Of a DNA stretch of 64,000 bases, positions 58,403 to 64,000 are shown piece after piece. Every line of letters starts with the position of its first letter. The stretch's first letter is position 1. Location: assembly GCA_012295275.1 (NCBI GenBank), contig CM022679.1, positions 21,948,001 through 22,012,000 of the forward strand, in the 5' to 3' direction. Both the position numbers and the translations under genes were made by a program. Source of the DNA: Chrysomallon squamiferum (taxonomy: Eukaryota > Animalia > Mollusca). The notes beneath the pieces are model-generated. The model had not been told where the DNA came from and searched no databases. It saw nothing but the letters and a program-made list of their open reading frames with translations.

Positions 58403-58769
58403 CATGGGTCAAGTATAATTCTCAAAAAGAGGGTAAGGTGGGGGATGGGAACCACATTCCATCCCAACAAAAATATCCCCAAGTCCCGAGTTTAAACAGT
58501 GGAAATCAATTTTATGTTTGGTTTGGTGACTGGAATGAGTGTTGGTGATCCCCGTGGAATGCACGGCGAACATTAGCAAGAGGTCATCCAGGTACACGGT
58601 TTCCAAATCAATACCCTCCATTCATGCCAATCTCGGTGTACATTGAATGGATTTCATAGGCGACTTGAGGTTTATACTGGCGATAGAAATGCAGGCGTTG
58701 TCAAATGAGCTGAAAAGTTACAGGTAGCCGAACCACAATTGTGAAAAACCACAACCTCAGTTGACCCTG
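58403..58769. mobile_element. Possible non-autonomous DNA transposon relic
   Basis: Ends CATGGGTCAAG...GTTGACCCTG form a short imperfect inverted pair. The interior is more GC- and CpG-rich than the surrounding intron. No clear target-site duplication. Confidence 0.3.
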
Positions 58770-59372
58770 TACTTATTAACTGTTACCAATACTCCTGTGT
58801 TTTGGGGTTCTTTTTTTTTTTTATTTTTTATTTCCTTTATTTCACAGAAGTATATTGCTGTCAGATGTTAGGAAATCATGCATGTGTTATTGTGTTTTTC
58901 TTGAAATAATACAAAATAAAATTGTGGTTAGTAATTTTGTTACAAAGGTTTGAAATAAATATTGGCCAGCAAAAAAGGAATTTAAAAAAAAAAAAAGAAG
59001 AAGAATGAAAGAATGTACAAGCATTAACAATATTGGTTGCCACACTTAATTTCCAGTACTGACTACTAATCTACACATTTCTTTTATTTTTATTTTTACA
59101 ATTTTATCTAATTATGAGCAGTATAAGAAAATGGTATTGTCTTTCATCCTAAAAAAACAAAATCAAAAAAGCAGCCACCCCCTACCCCCAAATTTTAAAA
59201 AAAAGTTATACATAACTAGAATCCCATAAGAAACGTTAATATAAATACATACACATACACATATGTCTTTGTTGATTTATGTATTTGTTTGTTCATTAAT
59301 TCTCTAATAACTGGGTGTTCAGTTGTTGATGTATAAAATGTAACTTATGTGTGATGTGGTTGTTTTTTTCAG

Positions 59373-59475
59373 AGATGTGCCTCACTATAACTGGAAGAGA
59401 CATAAAAAAGCAATCAAGTCGCTGGCCCAACAGAACAGGGAGACCTACTCCTCTCTGCACTCACAGTTTATTCCA
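59373..59475 (+). CDS. Axin: Axin coding exon 3 (103 nt)
   Basis: Acceptor tgtttttttcag ends at 59372. AT+A gives Ile, then DVPHYNWKRHKKAIKSLAQQNRETYSSLHSQFIP (compare vertebrate DGIPPYR...PHIP). Donor CCA|GTAGGT at 59476 (phase 0). Not in the supplied ORF track. Confidence 0.92.
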
Positions 59476-59691
59476 GTAGGTTTTTATTATTAACTCTTTC
59501 ATGTCTCTTCCACTCTCACCTTGTCTTAGTCATCTTCATTTATATTCATATGTCTTGTTTTGTTCAAGAGCTACTGTATCTGTTTTTCATAAATTTTTAA
59601 AACTGTACACATTCTTTCTCTCTCTTTTTTTTCACCTTGCTTGCATACCTTTTTGTTTTCTTCTTAATTATGTGTCTGCATGCATGTATGT

Positions 59692-59729
<38 letters not shown>

Positions 59730-59829
59730 TAGTTCATGAGACTTTATATCAGTGTCTCACTGTTCACTTTTTGCTTTTGACTTACTAACTTAACATTATT
59801 TTCACACATTCTACTGTTGTCTTTCACAG

Positions 59830-59856
59830 GATGACCAATACACAAACTATGCACTT
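59830..59856 (+). CDS. Candidate alternative 27-nt in-frame microexon of Axin (DDQYTNYAL)
   Basis: TACTAAC branch point at 59783-59789, acceptor tctttcacag ending at 59829, nine sense codons in phase 0 within a phase-0 intron, and a weak donor GTTAGC at 59857. Confidence 0.45.
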
Positions 59857-60062
59857 GTTAGCATTACCACTTTATATACACACATATATTTTATTTCTAT
59901 TTATTTATTTATTATTATTATTATTATTAAATTTTTAATTTTTTTTGTCTTTGTAACAATATAGATTGTGTGTGTGTTAGAAAAAGGGGGTGAAAATACA
60001 CAAAAACAAACAGAAAAAGGAAATAGATACTTTGTATGAAATATTAATTTTACCACATAATC

Positions 60063-60175
60063 AGAAGGAAAGAATATTTTATTTAAAGACAAACTCAGCA
60101 ACATATTTTTCAATCTACAGTAAAATGTGCATAGGCTACTCTTTACGCTTAGTAGCAAGGGAGCTTTTATGTGGA
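60063..60175 (+). mobile_element. Degenerate SINE-like dispersed repeat fragment (same family as 23678)
   Basis: tattttatttaaagacaaactcagcaacatatttt...ggctactctttacgcttagtagcaagggagcttttat parallels the 23678 copy. Confidence 0.45.
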
Positions 60176-60251
60176 TTTCTTTTTTATTTAAAGTATTTTA
60201 TTTGTGTGTATGTATGTGTGTTAGTTTTTGTCTGTTGCTTCCAAATTACGT

Positions 60252-60287
<36 letters not shown>

Positions 60288-63263
60288 AACATTCCAGTGT
60301 TTTATTATCTTTAAGGATGTGAACCTGTTTCTTTTTTGAAAAAAACCCCAAAAAACAACCTGCCAGATAACCCATTGCATCATTAATCAGTAACACTGGG
60401 TAGGTCAAACGTATAATGCTGCACTCACCGGATCATTTAACCAAGGCAGGAAGAAATATTCAATGACTCTTTTTTATATAACTGTAAACCTGATACACCT
60501 CTTTACTGTAAATTATCACATGACTCTTGTTTTCATTCACATAGTGATACAACCTGAAGTATTCGAAACATCTGATTAAACGGCTAGTTTCATATCAGGT
60601 TAATTCCGATTACCATTAATGTTGTTAGACTGAATTTCAGTTTATGATGTAAACTTGCTACAGTTTATACAGTGGTATTTATGTGTATGTATGTGTAAGT
60701 GAGAAAATAAGCTGTTTTAAAAATTAAAAGCAAAAGCAAAAAAGTGCAAAAACAAAATGTATGTATGTGTGTATGTAAAAGATTAATGGCAAATAAATAC
60801 TGGCTTTCATGGGGGAGATAAAGTAGAAAGTTATTTTATCATTTATTTTTATTTTATTTATTTTTATATTATTATTATTGCATTACTTTTAAATTTAATT
60901 TTTAAAATTAATTTTTTCCTTTTTATAAATTTTACTTCATTATTACAACACATTTATATTTTAAATTTATATTGCAAATGAGTGACACTCAATATATTTG
61001 AAGAATGGATTAAAAATACATGAATTGTACAATAATTCTATGAGTAATCTACTGGGTATGTATTATGAGTTGTATGTAACACTTAATACTATCATAAATA
61101 ATTTATTATATCTGCATATAGTGCTTTGATGTCTGTGATAAATTGATAGAGCTCGGAAAAGTTGAGCTAAAAATATACAAATAAATAAAAACTGTATTAA
61201 TTAAAATAAACACTTGCAGATGAACGTTCATTAAAAATAAATAAATATATAAATAATAATAATAATAATAAATAAAATAAAAATATAAAAGTTAATTTTT
61301 TTTTTCCTCCATTATATGACAATGTAGAATAAAACAGTATGTGGTATCCAAATCAAATAAATTTTTCGTTTTTTTTTTTTTTTTTTAAATTGTTTATTTT
61401 TTTTTTAACCCTTTTGAAGTTGACATGTTGCTTTTATGTGTAATTTGCATGGGAGTTGATCAAACAGCACTCAAAGTTATAGTGTTTAATGATGGTTGTA
61501 AATTATGTCAGGCACTCATTACTACAGCATACAAAGTTAGGGCAGAGTTTTATTTCAAACAGCCCACACCCAGTTAAAAACATCCAGAGTCAATGATTAG
61601 TGAAGTATGGAGATAATTTGAACCTGTGGAGTTTTCCTTTTTAAATAAACACGTAGTAGCAAAAGAGCACTTAATGCATATAAAGGCGGCATTGGTAATG
61701 AATTAATTGATGCTTCTTTAATGATATTTCAGCATATTGCATTAGTAAATTTGAAACTTAACAGGCTACATAATGGTGGCACTGGTAATGAATTAAAATT
61801 TCATTAACGAAACTTGAGCATTTTTAATGTGAAATGTCTGTTAATTCTGTTTTGAAATGATTTTATGAGGGAAGAAACAACTATTATGCTAGCTGCAGGA
61901 TGGTCCTTTAAATAAGCAAGTGTTTTGTTTATTATATGTTTGTCTGTGTGTATGTGTTGATATATGTGTATTTCTGTGAGTTCATAGAGAGAGAGAGAGA
62001 GAGAGAGAGGGAGATTTTAATGGCTGTAAAGGCACATACTTTGCCTTTATTACATCTAAAACGGAATACTGTCTGGAATGGACTTGACTAGTAGTAGCAG
62101 TAGCAACAGCAGCAATAACAGATGTTGTAGGTAGCAACTGTGATACTAATGTGGTAGTAGTACTAAAAGTAGTAGTAGTAGTAGTAGCGATAGCAAACCT
62201 GAGAATTTGTAAGACTAATTTCATTGTTGTGAGTGAAAACTGTAAAATTACTCGTAAACGAACAAAGCTGATTAAAGACAACAACTGACGAAGACAAGTG
62301 CATTTGTGTGTTAATAAGCAAAATGGGAGTGGCTCCGCCGCATCAAACGGTTTGAACTGGGAGGACCTGGTGACTTCTCGGTTACCTCCCTTGCAGTGTC
62401 CAGTCTTTGATCTCGCTTGAAAGAAACCAGGAAATTGATGTTAATCTCCAACAACCCAGAAGTGATAAAAACATCCGATTAAGCTTCTTAAACGGCCCAG
62501 TAAGAGAAGAAACCCAAAGAAAACGTGGGGGGCTAGTGGTGGTGGTGGGGGGGGAAGGATGATTGGTTTCAGTGAAATTGTCTTTGACCACTTTGTACTG
62601 GTCCTTTGATGAACATGGTCCTCTTACATCCCCACTTCCCTCGCACATGTTGCTGATGGAGGCTGGCCACAAAGGGTTCTCTGGCCAAAGCCTCTCATCT
62701 CTCTGGCTATTAGTGAAAGTCAGAATGTTCCCACTGCTTTGTGGATTAGTCAGAATAGAAGGGTTCACCTAGAGGCTTGTTAATGCATGTTGTTTAATGG
62801 GTGAGAAGGTGATTTATTATTTTTATTTACTTCTTTTTTTTTTTTCAAACTAAAAGTATTTTGTTTAGATTTTTGGGGAGTTTTGTACGATTAGAAAGCT
62901 TTGTTTGTTGAGCATTGTTTTTCTTTCTTTCTTTTCTTTTTTTTCTGTGATAATAATTAATTTGTTGCACTGCTGTTGCTTGTATTTCATAATGTATAAA
63001 TATAAGCTTATATTCTGAAATAAGAGCTATGTAATAAACTGTAGAAATGATTCCATTGCCACTGTCACTACTACAATCACTTTTAGCACCATTACAACTG
63101 CAGCACTGCCACTAATATACTACTACTACTACTACTACTACCACTACCACTACCACTACCATTAGCACTAGCACTGCAGACACTACTACTATTACTGCTA
63201 CTACTCTGCTATTACTGTGATCGCCGTCATCATAAACTGTATGGTTGTATTTGTTTTTAACAG

Positions 63264-63410
63264 AGGACGGAAAGAGCGCCAAAGGATCGTAACATTGCGG
63301 AGACAGATCCAAAGCTCTTTGCCAGTATGCTGATAGAAAAACTGGAGAGAGTGAAAGAAAAGAATGAAGCTGGAGCAAAAATGGAAGAAAAACTTCGATC
63401 CCTGAATGAA
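63264..63410 (+). CDS. Axin: Axin coding exon 4 (147 nt): GSK3-binding helix
   Basis: Acceptor ttgtttttaacag ends at 63263. Translates as RTERAPKDRNIAETDPKLFASMLIEKLERVKEKNEAGAKMEEKLRSLNE, matching vertebrate RT..PK...EPQKFAEELIHRLE.V....EAEEKLEERL. Donor GAA|GTATGT at 63411 (phase 0). Confidence 0.95.
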
Positions 63411-63910
63411 GTATGTATTTAGAATGAGAAAAGGTTCTAACGCTGAACAAAATATGTTTATGAGAAAACCCCCCAAAAAACTGTTTTGGAAGTATTTATA
63501 AGAAAGCTGGTCTTAAATTGCCATCTTTGTTCATTCGTTTAAACTGTGTAAATACATACTGTATTTTATCTGAGTTTTTCTTTCATCTGTTATCAATTAC
63601 AAAGTTGTGTTAAGAAGATAAAGAAATTTCTGAAGACCATCTGTCTTTATTTTTTGTTGAATATTGTTGTTGTTTATTTGATATTTTTGTTTACCATTAA
63701 TGAAATTTCTTTCATGACTGTTTTTAAACGAAAGTGTTTATGTGTATACATAAACAGCTTCTTTTTAAAATAAAAACCAACATTGTACTCAAGAAGATTA
63801 TCTCATCTTTTTAAGCCTGTTACTTCTAAACATAGAAATACATAGATTTTACTTTTTTGGGTTGTTTTTTTAATCTCATTTCTAATAAAATAATGTTTCT
63901 GATGTTTCAG

Positions 63911-64000
63911 AGTGAGTGCACAGACGAAAACGTGACGATGTCAGCATCGTTTTCACACAAGAACACGACCGCAACATCGATCATGCCCATAATGTCGACA
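63911..64000 (+). CDS. Axin: Axin coding exon 5, truncated by the window end
   Basis: Acceptor tttctgatgtttcag ends at 63910. The phase-0 frame SECTDENVTMSASFSHKNTTATSIMPIMST is open to the window edge, and composition shifts from intron-like to coding-like. No diagnostic motif in the visible part. Confidence 0.8.

Noticed and set aside
62382-62772. 128-aa (minus) and 69-aa (plus) ORFs in the intron
   Set aside because: No recognisable homology or compatible splice sites; better explained as non-coding.

Overview
This is AT-rich, microsatellite-dense animal genomic DNA, probably molluscan (possibly gastropod). The only gene I can support is Axin, the scaffold of the Wnt/beta-catenin destruction complex, on the + strand. 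It has a probable promoter and non-coding exon 1 at ~40.5-40.7 kb. Five coding exons join in frame through GT-AG introns: 47662-48671 (tankyrase-binding motifs and RGS domain), 51694-51837, 59373-59475, 63264-63410 (GSK3-binding helix) and 63911-64000, which runs off the window. The beta-catenin-binding and DIX regions should lie downstream. The ~40 kb upstream has no recognisable coding gene, only islands of CpG-containing unique sequence, MITE/SINE-like relics, minisatellites and simple repeats. Nearly all other ORFs in the track are microsatellite or antisense artefacts. The most interesting observations are: a candidate in-frame 27-nt microexon just before the GSK3-binding exon; a dense TCF/LEF site cluster around the promoter suggesting Axin2-like feedback; two uORFs, one overlapping the Axin start; a 22-aa insertion splitting the second tankyrase motif; and a higher-order minisatellite built from Fox and nuclear-receptor motifs. 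I found no evidence of a wholly new multi-gene system. All counts and alignments were done by eye, and human AXIN1 comparisons are from memory.
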